A stretch of DNA of 34,655 bases. Origin: an archaeon BMS3Abin16. GTDB taxonomy: Archaea > Hydrothermarchaeota > Hydrothermarchaeia > Hydrothermarchaeales > SZUA-236. The position numbers and the translations under genes are program-made. Below the pieces are notes generated by a model, which saw nothing but the letters and a program-made list of their open reading frames with translations, searched no databases and had not been told where the DNA came from. Positions 9,718 through 19,305 of this stretch are shown piece by piece (position 1 is the first letter of the stretch; each line of letters begins with the position of its first letter). The DNA is taken from assembly GCA_002923215.1 (NCBI GenBank), contig BDTI01000150.1, forward strand, positions 1 to 34,655, in the 5' to 3' direction.

Positions 9718-10971
9718 TTATAGTTTATAAATCTTATTGTTCACCGCTGCCTGGGCGTGAAGATAGATTATCGCCAGGCGTTCAGACGCGTTTGATAAAA
9801 ACTGTTTCAACCGACTCTTATTCCAGGATTCAAGCCGGGATGTGATGTCTTCCTCATCGCCCAGAGCCAGTTTCGACACCTCCCTCGGTGAGATCAGGTT
9901 TCCGCAGAGCCCTGACAGAAGAAGATAGCTTTTTCGGCCGCTGAGATCGCTGATGTCTTCAAGTAGGCTGATGAGCCTGTCAGACTCCCTGAGTATAAGC
10001 CCAAGCCTGCGATCCAGGTTTCGCTGATACCTGCTTAGAGACTCGCCATTTAGTAGGTGCCTTGCCGCAGTTTTCCCAGCCACATCACCGCAGATTATAG
10101 CAGGGAGAAAGCCCTCAACCAGGGGTTTGATATTTTGAGACGCCGCCTCACCTGCGAGGAGCACCGACCCATATTGCCTCCTCAGACTCAACGGCTCAAA
10201 GGACACGGTCCCGCTCTTCTCCAAGACCGGTCTGCCGTCTTTAAGCTGAGCCTTCACACGGGGGAGAGCGACAAAATCCTGAAAGCACTGCCTGAGGTCT
10301 GCATCAGATGCGATTGTACCAACGCCGATGTTCGCCCGATTATCTGAGAGCGGGAAGATGTGGGCGTAGCCGCCGGGCGCGAAATCACCGAAATATAGCT
10401 GATCCAACTCTGGAGACTCAAGGGTAACTCCTTCATATTCGTAGACAACGGCCTGCCCCATCCGGGCATCAGACACCCGCTCACCAAGCGTTTCGAGAAC
10501 ACGGGACCTTGCTCCGTCAGCTCCGATCATGACCTTAAAGTCAACCTCAATTATTTCATCTTTCTTTCTGATCTGCGCCCGTCCGCCGCTCCATGATTTG
10601 TCCAAGGTTGCATCAATAAACTCGGCTGACATAATTAGGTCAGCACCTGAATCGACAGCCCTCTGAGAAAGCCATTTGTCAAAGGCAGATCGGTCTATCG
10701 CATAGCTTGACCAGGGCCCTCCCCTCCGAACATATGAGACTTCGTCCACAATGAATTCAAGACCCTCAATACTATGCTTAAGCAGATTTTTCGGTGTTTT
10801 AAAGGGCAGATAAGGTAGCAGATAGCTACCTATTGCGCCTGAACATGTGATTGGAACACCGATCTCAGGCTTTCGCTCAACAACGATTGTCTTAAGCCCT
10901 GCAGCCCCGCATGCCGCAGCCGCGCTGCAACCGGCCGGCCCTGCTCCAACAACCAAAACATCACATTTCAT
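9718..10971 (-). CDS. Geranylgeranyl reductase family oxidoreductase (paralogue 3)
   Basis: DVLVVGAGPAG, PITCSGA, DRSAFDKWL, GADG, PGGYAHIFP, GEAA; closely resembles paralogue 1 (FGDFAPGGY..IFPLS.NRAN.GV, QN.KP.VEGFLP.I.CGD). Confidence 0.88.
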   Translation of the reverse strand: MKCDVLVVGAGPAGCSAAAACGAAGLKTIVVERKPEIGVPITCSGAIGSYLLPYLPFKTPKNLLKHSIEGLEFIVDEVSYVRRGGPWSSYAIDRSAFDKWLSQRAVDSGADLIMSAEFIDATLDKSWSGGRAQIRKKDEIIEVDFKVMIGADGARSRVLETLGERVSDARMGQAVVYEYEGVTLESPELDQLYFGDFAPGGYAHIFPLSDNRANIGVGTIASDADLRQCFQDFVALPRVKAQLKDGRPVLEKSGTVSFEPLSLRRQYGSVLLAGEAASQNIKPLVEGFLPAIICGDVAGKTAARHLLNGESLSRYQRNLDRRLGLILRESDRLISLLEDISDLSGRKSYLLLSGLCGNLISPREVSKLALGDEEDITSRLESWNKSRLKQFLSNASERLAIIYLHAQAAVNNKIYKL

Positions 10972-11113
10972 TTCTCTTTGGCATGGACTAAAGGCTTATA
11001 AAAATATATCCATCGCCCAACAGTTTTTCAACTCCTCCTCTGGCTCTGGTTAAAATATCTGGCCACCCCTTTTACAGATGATGCCTGCGGCCTGCCCCAT
11101 TTTTGGTTAGTGG

Positions 11114-11254
11114 CTAGGGATTGGGGCAGGCTCTGAGGTCTTCAATAGTCCTGTAAGCGTAGGAGTAGATGCAGAGATCCTCGCCGCAACTGCACTCGTG
11201 GAAGCTGCAGGTCATGCAACCCCAGAGATTTGCCTTGAGATTGAGTTTTTTCAT
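11114..11254 (-). CDS. Putative 46-aa Cys-rich metal-binding microprotein
   Basis: Hand translation MKKLNLKANLWGCMTCSFHECSCGEDLCIYSYAYRTIEDLRACPNP; GAGGT RBS upstream; fills an otherwise empty intergenic gap. Confidence 0.6.
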   Translation of the reverse strand: MKKLNLKANLWGCMTCSFHECSCGEDLCIYSYAYRTIEDLRACPNP

Positions 11255-11371
11255 CTTCACAGACCTCAAGAGAGTTTAACTGTCATTGATTAAACCCCAC
11301 ATCTTATTTGAAGAATAGTTCAATTTTATTTAAAAAAACAGTCAACCCCCATCCTGAATAATGAAAAATAT

Positions 11372-12142
11372 CTATCTTCCCAAGATGCTTCCGAATCTGG
11401 TTTTTATCCTGCTAAAGACACCTTCTTCTTCAAACTCCATCTCCCGGCCTATGAGAGATGATGAAAGACGCAGAACTTCCCGTGAAACCCTGGCCGTGTG
11501 GAAGCGTGTGACAAAAGGCACCTCATAGGCAAGGGCGTCTTTAACCTCCTCGGAATCAGGCACAATAGAGATCACATGGGCGTCCAGCGTGCTTTCAATC
11601 TCAGCAACCGAAAGCTCTCTGGGCTTGTCCTCCACACGGTTCACAATCACGCCGATAATCTTTGCGCCCATGCGCTCTGCAAGTATCTTCATCTTCAGTG
11701 CGTCTGAAACCGATGAAACCGTGGGAAGCGTGACAATCAAAACCTCCTGCCCCTCGTCCATAACCATCGCTGCGTCCCGGCCTGCAGGCGCGTCGATAAC
11801 AAGGATCTCAATTTCACTTGGCACTTCTTTAAGCGCGGTTTTAAGCATGTCCATGTTCCGCTCGCTGAACCCGTCCAAAGTTATGCCTGCAGGAATTACT
11901 TTTACACCCTCAGGCCCCTCGTAGAGCACGTCTTCAATGCTGAGCCTGCCGCTGAGAGTGTCGATAAGCGCCACAGGCGGGTTACGAATCCCCATGATGA
12001 TTTCAAGATTTGCCATCACAACGTCGGCGTCAAGTACAGCCACGTTTTTCCCAAGCCTCGCAAGGGAGACGGCGATGTTTGCAGCAAGCGTTGTCTTACC
12101 AACTCCACCCTTGCCGGATGCCACTACAATTGTGCGTGTCAC
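11372..12142 (-). CDS. minD: MinD/ParA family ATPase (archaeal MinD-like)
   Basis: Deviant Walker A SGKGGVGKTT, LDAD...ANL, IDAPAG; amphipathic C-terminus GVFSRIKTRFGSIL; GTGA overlap with pgk. Confidence 0.88.
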   Translation of the reverse strand: MTRTIVVASGKGGVGKTTLAANIAVSLARLGKNVAVLDADVVMANLEIIMGIRNPPVALIDTLSGRLSIEDVLYEGPEGVKVIPAGITLDGFSERNMDMLKTALKEVPSEIEILVIDAPAGRDAAMVMDEGQEVLIVTLPTVSSVSDALKMKILAERMGAKIIGVIVNRVEDKPRELSVAEIESTLDAHVISIVPDSEEVKDALAYEVPFVTRFHTARVSREVLRLSSSLIGREMEFEEEGVFSRIKTRFGSILGR

Positions 12143-13380
12143 TGTTCGCCTCCACCCGACTTTTTCATGACCTCAATTCCCGGCAGCGGCTGATCAGAGA
12201 GAAATGAAACAGTGGCCCCGCCGCCTGAACCAATATATGATATCTTGTCTCTGAGCCCTGCCCGTTTTGCAACGGTTGTGAGATGGCCGCCTCCGATAAC
12301 TGAAAGCGACTTTGAATCCGCTATTGACTGTAAAATCGACTCTGTCCCCAAGCCGAAGCCATTTATCTCAAAGACGCCTGCAGGCCCCTTTGCGATGACC
12401 ACGCTTGCATCTTTTATCGCCTTGGAAAATACCTTCATCGTCTCAGCCCCTATGTCCAGCGCCTTTTTATCTGGAAACCCATCAACAGATGCTTCAGACC
12501 TGCCGCCATTGTCTTCAAAGGCAAGGTCAACTGGCAGCTCGATCTGTCCTTTAAACCGCTTCAAAAGCTCCCCGGCCTCAGACACAAGCTCATTGTATCC
12601 CAGGTCTTTTACCATGTCTCTGTTCGCGCTGCCAATGTCTTTTCCAGAGGCCATGAGAAATATTAGCGCAGCAACGCCTGAGAGCAACACCTTGTCTGCG
12701 ACACCCTTTAAAAGCACGTTTTTCGTAATCAAAAAGGAGTCATCTGCCTTGGCTCCGCCTAGGGCAAAGACCTTTGGCGTCTCTTTTGACTTGAGCACCT
12801 TTGTAAGCGCGGTTATCTCTCGCTCCATGCTTGGCCCGATGCAGCAGGGGAGAACCATTGGAAATCCTACAACCGATGGCTGCGCCCTATGTGAAACTGC
12901 AAAGGCGTCGTTAACATAGAAGTCCACATAGCTTGAAAGCCTTCGCACAAGATGGGTCTTGGCCTGCTCGATGGGCGGCCTCCCACATATCCTTTTTGAG
13001 ACTTCTTCAGAGCAGAACCTCATGTTTTCAAGCACTAAAACCTCACCCGGGCTAAGGCTGTCTATCCCTTTTTTCGCGCATGATCCGAAGACATCATCAA
13101 TATAGCTTACCCTGCCCTTAACAAGGCGGTTTAAGACCTCGCTATGCCGCCGCAGGGTTGTGAAATCCCCTTTGCCCGGCCTGGACTGATGGGCAATAAG
13201 AATTACCTTTGAGTCTTTAAGCCGCTCCAGAGTCTGCACATAGCCCTTGATACGGCTGGTGTCCAGTATCTCGCCGCTCATGGGGTCAAGAGGCGAGTTT
13301 ATGTCCGCTCGCAAAAGAACCTTCTTACCTCTGAGATCAAAGTCGTCGAGAGTATGTAGCCCCACTGCCATGCCCCCCAT
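12139..13380 (-). CDS. pgk: Phosphoglycerate kinase
   Basis: LRADINSP, AHQSRPG, LENMRF, NDAFAVSHR, LGGAK, GPAGVFE, GGGH, SGGGA. Confidence 0.97.
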   Translation of the reverse strand: MGGMAVGLHTLDDFDLRGKKVLLRADINSPLDPMSGEILDTSRIKGYVQTLERLKDSKVILIAHQSRPGKGDFTTLRRHSEVLNRLVKGRVSYIDDVFGSCAKKGIDSLSPGEVLVLENMRFCSEEVSKRICGRPPIEQAKTHLVRRLSSYVDFYVNDAFAVSHRAQPSVVGFPMVLPCCIGPSMEREITALTKVLKSKETPKVFALGGAKADDSFLITKNVLLKGVADKVLLSGVAALIFLMASGKDIGSANRDMVKDLGYNELVSEAGELLKRFKGQIELPVDLAFEDNGGRSEASVDGFPDKKALDIGAETMKVFSKAIKDASVVIAKGPAGVFEINGFGLGTESILQSIADSKSLSVIGGGHLTTVAKRAGLRDKISYIGSGGGATVSFLSDQPLPGIEVMKKSGGGEQ

Positions 13381-13429
13381 CTCGAACTACATCCTTATAA
13401 TATTTATTGAACCCTTTTTCAAGCCTTTT

Positions 13430-13807
13430 TCAGTTGTTTGCCGATATCAGGGATTCCGCTGTTTGCAGAAGCAGGCTGAAATCAACAGGCTTTGTCAGAT
13501 GATGGTCCGCGCCGGCGTATTCACGGCTGCGCTTTTGGTCCGCGGGATCAGATTTCACTGAGAGCATGGAGATTGGAATATCCGCGGTCTTAGGATTGTC
13601 TTTAATCGTTTTCGCAGTCTCCCAGCCATCCATTCCAGGCATCATGATATCCATGAAAATGAGATCTGGCCGTTCTTTTTTCACGATCTCAAGGCATTCC
13701 TCCCCGCTGTATGCCTCCCTCACAGAATACCCGTTCTTTGACAAAACGTTTTTTAAGATAAAGAGGATATCATCTTCATCATCTACGATTAGTATCATTT
13801 TCGGCAT
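13430..13807 (-). CDS. Stand-alone response-regulator receiver protein
   Basis: ILIVDDE, PDLIFMDIMMPGMDG, TKP; AGGAG RBS favours ATG 13807. Confidence 0.93.
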   Translation of the reverse strand: MPKMILIVDDEDDILFILKNVLSKNGYSVREAYSGEECLEIVKKERPDLIFMDIMMPGMDGWETAKTIKDNPKTADIPISMLSVKSDPADQKRSREYAGADHHLTKPVDFSLLLQTAESLISANN

Positions 13808-13884
13808 TATGGACACTCCTATTGTATTATTTGGGCCTCGGAAGTCTTATATAATTTCTTTCAAAATAAGTTGAACGTGGTTCT

Positions 13885-14142
13885 ATGGACATGTCAGAAT
13901 TGAGAGCTGAGATCGACAGGATTGACTCTGAGATAATTAGGCTTCTGAAAACCAGGTTTGATGTGGCGCGAGAGATCGGCGAGGCAAAGAAAGGTCTTGA
14001 TCTGGAGGTTGAGGACCTTAGCCGTGACAGACTTGTGCTTGAAAATTACAAAGAAAATGCGGGCAACGAGCTGGATGAAGATTTTATAGAAGAGCTGGTA
14101 TCACTGATTCTGCGATATAGTAAAGAGGTGCAGAAAAAATGA
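13885..14142 (+). CDS. Chorismate mutase (AroQ class)
   Basis: LRAEIDRIDSEIIRLL..R...A.EIG..K; ATGA-coupled to prephenate dehydratase. Confidence 0.9.
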   Translation: MDMSELRAEIDRIDSEIIRLLKTRFDVAREIGEAKKGLDLEVEDLSRDRLVLENYKENAGNELDEDFIEELVSLILRYSKEVQKK

Positions 14143-14954
14143 ATCACCGCCTCGCTCTTTTAGGTCCGAAGGGAACTTTTACAGAAGAAGCGGCGCTCAC
14201 GGCTGACCCGGAGGCGGAGAGGATTTATTGTCAAACCATTGAAGAGGTCTTTGAAACCGTTGCAGCGGGCGGCGCTGAAAAGGGGATTGTGCCTGTGGAA
14301 AACTCACTTGAAGGCAGCGTCTTCGCAACACTTGAAAAGCTCCTTTCAACAAATGTTTCCATCTGCCGCGAGGTTGTCCTTGATATCAGCCACTGCCTGA
14401 TGGCTCTCCCAGGAGTCGACGTGAGCGAGATAAAAGAGGTGGTCTCTCATCCGCACGCCCTTGCCCAGTGCAGGAATTTTCTAAAATCCATGCCCGGTGT
14501 TAAGACCCGGAATTTTCCCTCAACTGCGGAGGCTGCAAGGGAGGTTGCGGCCAAAAAGTTACTGTCAACTGCTGCGATTGCACCGCGCATTGCCGCAAAA
14601 ATCTATGGGTTAAACATCCTCCGAGAGGGTGTGCAGGACGAGGAGCACAATCAGACCAGGTTTTTTGTGATCTCAAACAACTGCCCGGAAACAGCGGGGC
14701 ATGTGAAGACCTCTATTGTTTTCGGGCTTAAAGACCGCCCCGGCGCGCTCCATGAGATCCTCGGCTACTTTGCAAAGGCCAAAATCAACCTTACAAAGAT
14801 CGAGTCCAGACCTACGAAAAAAAGCCTGGGCGACTACATATTTTTCATCGATTTCATGGGCGCAGCAGATGATAAGAAGATTGGAAGCCTCCTGGCAACG
14901 CTTGAGAGCCACACATCATATTATAAGGTGCTTGGAAGCTATTCAGTAGGATAG
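14139..14954 (+). CDS. pheA: Prephenate dehydratase
   Basis: LGPKGTFTE, PVENSLEGSV, SHPHALAQC, NQTRF, ACT domain with NLTKIESRP. Confidence 0.96.
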   Translation: MNHRLALLGPKGTFTEEAALTADPEAERIYCQTIEEVFETVAAGGAEKGIVPVENSLEGSVFATLEKLLSTNVSICREVVLDISHCLMALPGVDVSEIKEVVSHPHALAQCRNFLKSMPGVKTRNFPSTAEAAREVAAKKLLSTAAIAPRIAAKIYGLNILREGVQDEEHNQTRFFVISNNCPETAGHVKTSIVFGLKDRPGALHEILGYFAKAKINLTKIESRPTKKSLGDYIFFIDFMGAADDKKIGSLLATLESHTSYYKVLGSYSVG

Positions 14955-14970
14955 GGGGCGGCGTGGAATT

Positions 14971-15513
14971 ATGGTTTTCGGCCGGTTGCTTCGAGGAGAG
15001 GGAAAGGCGCGTTTTAAGTGTGTTTACACTGAGTGCGGGAGCCTGTGCTGCAAAAAGAACCTGGTGGTTTTGAACGAGGATGACGCCGCGGCCTTCGAAA
15101 GACTTGGAATAAACATTGCCGAGGCAACAGTGAACATGGGTCTCAACGAGTTTCTCAGCCTTCTTGGCAGCAGCCAGATAAAGCAGCTTGAGGGTCTCGA
15201 GGTTGTATGTCTTACAAAAGACAGTGATGGCAACTGCGTCTTTCTGAATCTAGAGGAGGGCGGCTGCAAGATCTACGATGATCGCCCCTATTTTTGCAGG
15301 GAGTTTCCCTTCAAATTTTCAAAGGGAGGGATAAAGAAAAAAGACCCTATCTGCCCAGGGCTTGGGCAGGGTGAGGAGATGGATGTTTCAACATTGAAAG
15401 ATGTGCTCGGCCTCAGCAGGCTTGATGTGAAGCCTCCTCTGCTTGTGGGTGATGAGTCGAAGCTCAAGACGTCGAAGGCGCTTATGGGCATGGTCTTTCG
15501 GCTGATGCGATGA
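14971..15513 (+). CDS. YkgJ/CxxCxxCC family cysteine-cluster protein
   Basis: FKC...CGSLCC, CVFL, CKIYDDRPYFCREFPF, CPG. Confidence 0.85.
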   Translation: MVFGRLLRGEGKARFKCVYTECGSLCCKKNLVVLNEDDAAAFERLGINIAEATVNMGLNEFLSLLGSSQIKQLEGLEVVCLTKDSDGNCVFLNLEEGGCKIYDDRPYFCREFPFKFSKGGIKKKDPICPGLGQGEEMDVSTLKDVLGLSRLDVKPPLLVGDESKLKTSKALMGMVFRLMR

Positions 15514-16184
15514 TATCTGTTATCATCCCGGTTCTAAATGAGCAGGCCCAGGTTGGAGGTCTTCTGCGCTATCTGACAGATGTGGAGGGGGATTTTGAAA
15601 CTATCGTGGTGGACGGCGGGAGCATGGATAAAACCATAGATGTTGCGAGGGAATATGCCACAGTTATAGCGTCGAAAAGGGGCCGTGCAGTTCAGATGAA
15701 CACCGGCGCAGGCCGGGCAAATGGAGACATTTTACTATTTCTTCATGTAGACTGCCTGCCTGAAAAGGATGCCTTTTCAGAGGTTGAAAGTATTATGAAG
15801 GATTTCAGAGTGGCCGGAGGGGCGTTGAAGTACGATATCGACGATCCTTCGCCCCTATATCGAAATCATATGTTCTGGTCGAATCTTCGCGCCCGGCTCG
15901 CAGGAATCTATCTCGGCGACCACGGCATCTTTGTGAGGAGAACGGTGTTCGACAAGGTAGGGGGATTTCCAGCCCAGCCTCTCATGGAAGATGTGGAGCT
16001 ATGCAAAAAGCTTAAAAAAGAGGGCGGCCTCGTGCAGGCAAAATCAAAGATCACCTCGTCACCCCGGAGATTCAAGCAAAAAGGCTTCACCCGCACCGTG
16101 CTCCAGATGCAGGCGAACAGGCTGCTCTACGCAATAGGAGTCCCGGCCGAAAGACTTGCAAAACACTATGGAGATGTGCGATAG
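15510..16184 (+). CDS. Family 2 glycosyltransferase (TIGR04283-like)
   Basis: ISVIIPVLNE, VVDGGS.D, GRAVQMNTGA, LFLHVD, GDHGIFV, PLMEDVE, SSPRR. Confidence 0.88.
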   Translation: MISVIIPVLNEQAQVGGLLRYLTDVEGDFETIVVDGGSMDKTIDVAREYATVIASKRGRAVQMNTGAGRANGDILLFLHVDCLPEKDAFSEVESIMKDFRVAGGALKYDIDDPSPLYRNHMFWSNLRARLAGIYLGDHGIFVRRTVFDKVGGFPAQPLMEDVELCKKLKKEGGLVQAKSKITSSPRRFKQKGFTRTVLQMQANRLLYAIGVPAERLAKHYGDVR

Positions 16185-16234
16185 TTACTTCAAAACCCCT
16201 GGGGCGATGAGTGAGAGCCGTGCGCGTCCTATGT

Positions 16235-16999
16235 TTAGCTGGCTTCCCTTTTTGCTTGCCGCCGGATAGCCTCCTCCAGAGTTATCTCACCCTTGACAAC
16301 TGCCTCTGCAAGCTCCTTAGACACAGTTAAATGTCTGCTTTTCTTTCTACTCTCACGCTGCATATTTCGAATCTCCCCCGGAGTTGTTGACACAGTGATT
16401 TTTTCTCGCAGCGGCCTGCCTTTTTTCAAGGCGATTCTTCGGGCTGATAACACGTCTTTTGAAACACCCAGTCTACGGCTCTCAGCCCTGGGACCAGTGG
16501 TTTTTTCCTCTGAGACAATCTCGATTTCACAGCCTAGATTTGCCTGTATGCCTGCGATTATACGGTCCCGATAGACACCACCCGCTGAGCCGATTCTGAC
16601 CACAACCCGCGGAGATTCAAAGCGCAGCATCAAGTCTTTTACAACCCTCCAAACATCTTCCGGCGCGTTCAGGAGGTCTTGAAAGAGTAGGCGCCGATTC
16701 CCGATTGCCGCGATTCCAATGTTTTTTCCTGGGTCGATTCCAATGCTCACAAAGTCGTATTTTTTCACAAGCCCAGATCTGCGTAGAAGTGCCTCTCTCA
16801 CCGCGGCTTGAGCTGACAGGGCTGAAACTACACAGGGAGATTCAATTCTCTCTCTTTCACCTTCGCTTGTTATCACAACATCAACGTTGGGCGGGACCGT
16901 GTCCCCTGGGCTGAGGCTGAGAAAGCTTTCGCCCAAACTGTCAAGCTCTGCCACCGCTTCATGATAGAACCTTGGATTGGATGTTACCAGCGCGAGCAT
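16235..16999 (-). CDS. Uncharacterised protein with RNase H-fold (YqgF/RuvC-like) domain
   Basis: IGIDPGKNIGIAA, VSEEKTT, DVLSARRIA acidic motifs. Confidence 0.65.
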   Translation of the reverse strand: MLALVTSNPRFYHEAVAELDSLGESFLSLSPGDTVPPNVDVVITSEGERERIESPCVVSALSAQAAVREALLRRSGLVKKYDFVSIGIDPGKNIGIAAIGNRRLLFQDLLNAPEDVWRVVKDLMLRFESPRVVVRIGSAGGVYRDRIIAGIQANLGCEIEIVSEEKTTGPRAESRRLGVSKDVLSARRIALKKGRPLREKITVSTTPGEIRNMQRESRKKSRHLTVSKELAEAVVKGEITLEEAIRRQAKREAS

Positions 17000-17056
17000 A
17001 TCAATAATTATTTAACTTATCAGATTTAAGGTTAGATGTAAGAACTGTGCGGGAGA

Positions 17057-17320
17057 ATGATATTTATGGATGATGTTTCTGAAAAAACAAGGTTTGAAAG
17101 TGTTGCGCGAAGCATTGAAACTGAGATGACGGTGAATGCCGAGCTAATCGAGCTTATCGCGGCAGGCGACTACCTCCTGCAGCTTGTTGACCCAGGGATG
17201 CGCAGGCAGTTTGAAGAGATTCTGCGGGATGCAAGCGGCGTGGAGGATGTGAAAAAGGTAATCGGACTCATCAAGCTTCAGATCGGCCAGCAGGCTGCGA
17301 AAAAGCTCTTCGGACTCTGA
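17057..17320 (+). CDS. Hypothetical helical protein
   Basis: Fills the gap between flanking genes; GGGAG upstream; host-like codon usage. No motif recognised. Confidence 0.6.
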   Translation: MIFMDDVSEKTRFESVARSIETEMTVNAELIELIAAGDYLLQLVDPGMRRQFEEILRDASGVEDVKKVIGLIKLQIGQQAAKKLFGL

Positions 17321-17326
17321 GAGGGT

Positions 17327-17962
17327 TCAAAGATATTCGTCGATTTTTGGCTGAGCTATTCTTATCGCGGTCTTCCACCGCCTGCGCACACAACTTGGAA
17401 ATGAACCGTTCTCCTGAAAAAATTGTTTAAGATATTCCTGCGTCCGCGCGTCTGATGAGTATCCGCTCCCGAAATTGCCGTGGATTTTGTGGAGCCTCTG
17501 TATCTCCCGGTCTCTCTCGACCTTTGCAACTATGGATGCCGCTGAAACCACGGGGTAGCGCTCATCAGCCTTATGTTCAACAACCAGCTTCGGCCGCGAC
17601 TCGAGATACTTTAAAATCATAAGTTCAAAGTTTCGGCAGCTCACATCCGCAGCATCAACAAATGAAGTCTTAGGCCGCAAGGTCTCGATGACCGTTGCAT
17701 AACATTCTGCCTCGATTTCATTCAGGCTTTTAGCCGCCATCAAACGGTCAAGATCACACGCACGGAGATAGACAACGTGGGATTTGAAACGTTTTGTAAT
17801 CTCTTTGTAAAGCGCCTCTCTTCGAGCTGGAGAGAGCATCTTTGAATCCTTCACACCCAGCTTTGAAAGCGCGTCAATTTCATCTTCACATGCCATTACA
17901 CCGGCTACCACTAGAGGCCCGATAACAGGCCCCCTGCCCGCCTCGTCAACACCACATATCAT
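17327..17962 (-). CDS. rnhB: Ribonuclease HII
   Basis: GVDEAGRGPVIGP, DSK.L, KAD..YPVVSAASIVAKVERD, GSGY, C-terminal PIP-box-like QPKIDEYL. Confidence 0.97.
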   Translation of the reverse strand: MICGVDEAGRGPVIGPLVVAGVMACEDEIDALSKLGVKDSKMLSPARREALYKEITKRFKSHVVYLRACDLDRLMAAKSLNEIEAECYATVIETLRPKTSFVDAADVSCRNFELMILKYLESRPKLVVEHKADERYPVVSAASIVAKVERDREIQRLHKIHGNFGSGYSSDARTQEYLKQFFQENGSFPSCVRRRWKTAIRIAQPKIDEYL

Positions 17963-18024
17963 AGGTTCAGCCCAAAACCGCTACGTGAGAAAGCTTTAAT
18001 AATCCCTGGTTAAACTCTTTTGCA

Positions 18025-19299
18025 ATGGATATCTGCGTTGTGGGCACAGGATATGTGGGGCTGGTAACCGGCGTTTGCTTTGCAAGCCAAGGCCACACCG
18101 TCACCTGCGTGGACATTGACGAGAAGAGAGTCGATGACATAAATCAAGGTATTCCCCCGATATATGAGATTGGGCTTGAAGACCTGCTTAAGGAAGTCCT
18201 TGAGAAAAAAAGGCTTACTGCAACGACAGATTTGAAGGCTGCGGTGCAGGGTTCTGAAATATCATTTATCTGCGTGGGCACGCCCTCCGGCCTGCTCGGC
18301 GACATCGACCTGCGCTTTATCGAGCAGGTGGGCCGCGACATTGGAAGATACCTTATAGACAAGTACCATGTGATTGTGATGAAAAGCACGGTTGTCCCGG
18401 GTACAACAGAATTCTCCCTTATACCCCTCATTGAATCAACATCTGGGAAGAAGGCTGGAAAGGATTTCGGTGTTGCCATGAACCCTGAGTTTCTCAGGGA
18501 GGGAACGGCGATCGAAGATTTCCTGCATCCCGACAGAATCGTGGTGGGTGGAATCGATGAGCGCTCAACAGAGGCGGTAGCCGAGCTTTACAAGGGTTTT
18601 GACGCGCCCCTCATGCAGACAAATCCCAGAACCGCTGAAATGATCAAATACGCAACCAACTCTTTTCTGGCAACAAAGATCAGCTTTATAAACGAGATAG
18701 GAAACATCTCAAAATCGCTGGGCATTGACAGCTACGAGGTTGCCCGCGGCCTCGCACTTGACTCAAGGGTATCGCCCAGCTTTCTCAGAGCAGGTCTCGG
18801 CTTCGGCGGATCCTGTTTTCCAAAGGATGTGAAGGCCATTGTGGGCAAGGCCAAAGAGGTCTATTACCATCCATTGATTCTCAATGCGGCGCTCGCCCTG
18901 AATGAGACCCAGCCCCTGCGGCTTATCCGGCTCGCCGAAGCTAAGCTGGGCAGCCTGAAGGGAAGAGATGTAGTCGTCTTGGGTCTGGCCTTTAAGCCTG
19001 GAACAGATGACATGCGTGAGGCGCCGTCGATAAAGATTATCAGCTCGCTACTCAAAAAGGGCGCGGTTGTGCACGCAACGGATCCGCAGGCAGTCGACGC
19101 GGCGCGAGAGATTCTTGGTGAGAAGATCAGGTATTATAACGATCCCGTTGAGGCGACAGCGATGGGGGATATAGTCTTTATTGTTACAGAGTGGGATGAG
19201 TACCGGGACGAAGCGCTCTACAGGGAAAAGACTGTTTTTGACGGTCGAAACATCGCTGAGGCGCGGGCGGCCGATTATTATGAGGGCGTCTGCTGGTGA
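18025..19299 (+). CDS. ugd: UDP-glucose 6-dehydrogenase
   Basis: GTGYVGL, CVGTP, KSTVVPGT, NPEFLREG, GFGGSCFPKD, GLAFKPGTDDMRE. Confidence 0.95.
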   Translation: MDICVVGTGYVGLVTGVCFASQGHTVTCVDIDEKRVDDINQGIPPIYEIGLEDLLKEVLEKKRLTATTDLKAAVQGSEISFICVGTPSGLLGDIDLRFIEQVGRDIGRYLIDKYHVIVMKSTVVPGTTEFSLIPLIESTSGKKAGKDFGVAMNPEFLREGTAIEDFLHPDRIVVGGIDERSTEAVAELYKGFDAPLMQTNPRTAEMIKYATNSFLATKISFINEIGNISKSLGIDSYEVARGLALDSRVSPSFLRAGLGFGGSCFPKDVKAIVGKAKEVYYHPLILNAALALNETQPLRLIRLAEAKLGSLKGRDVVVLGLAFKPGTDDMREAPSIKIISSLLKKGAVVHATDPQAVDAAREILGEKIRYYNDPVEATAMGDIVFIVTEWDEYRDEALYREKTVFDGRNIAEARAADYYEGVCW

Positions 19300-19305
19300 A
19301 ATTTT

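Noticed and set aside
11072..11116. Pyrrolysine readthrough of the TAG within the hairpin
   Set aside because: The extension is only 13 featureless codons and no pyl genes are in view.
12212..12919. Long antisense ORFs (this one, 21621-22376, 30958-31572, 20457-20984 and similar)
   Set aside because: Shadow frames of well-supported genes, no recognisable motifs.
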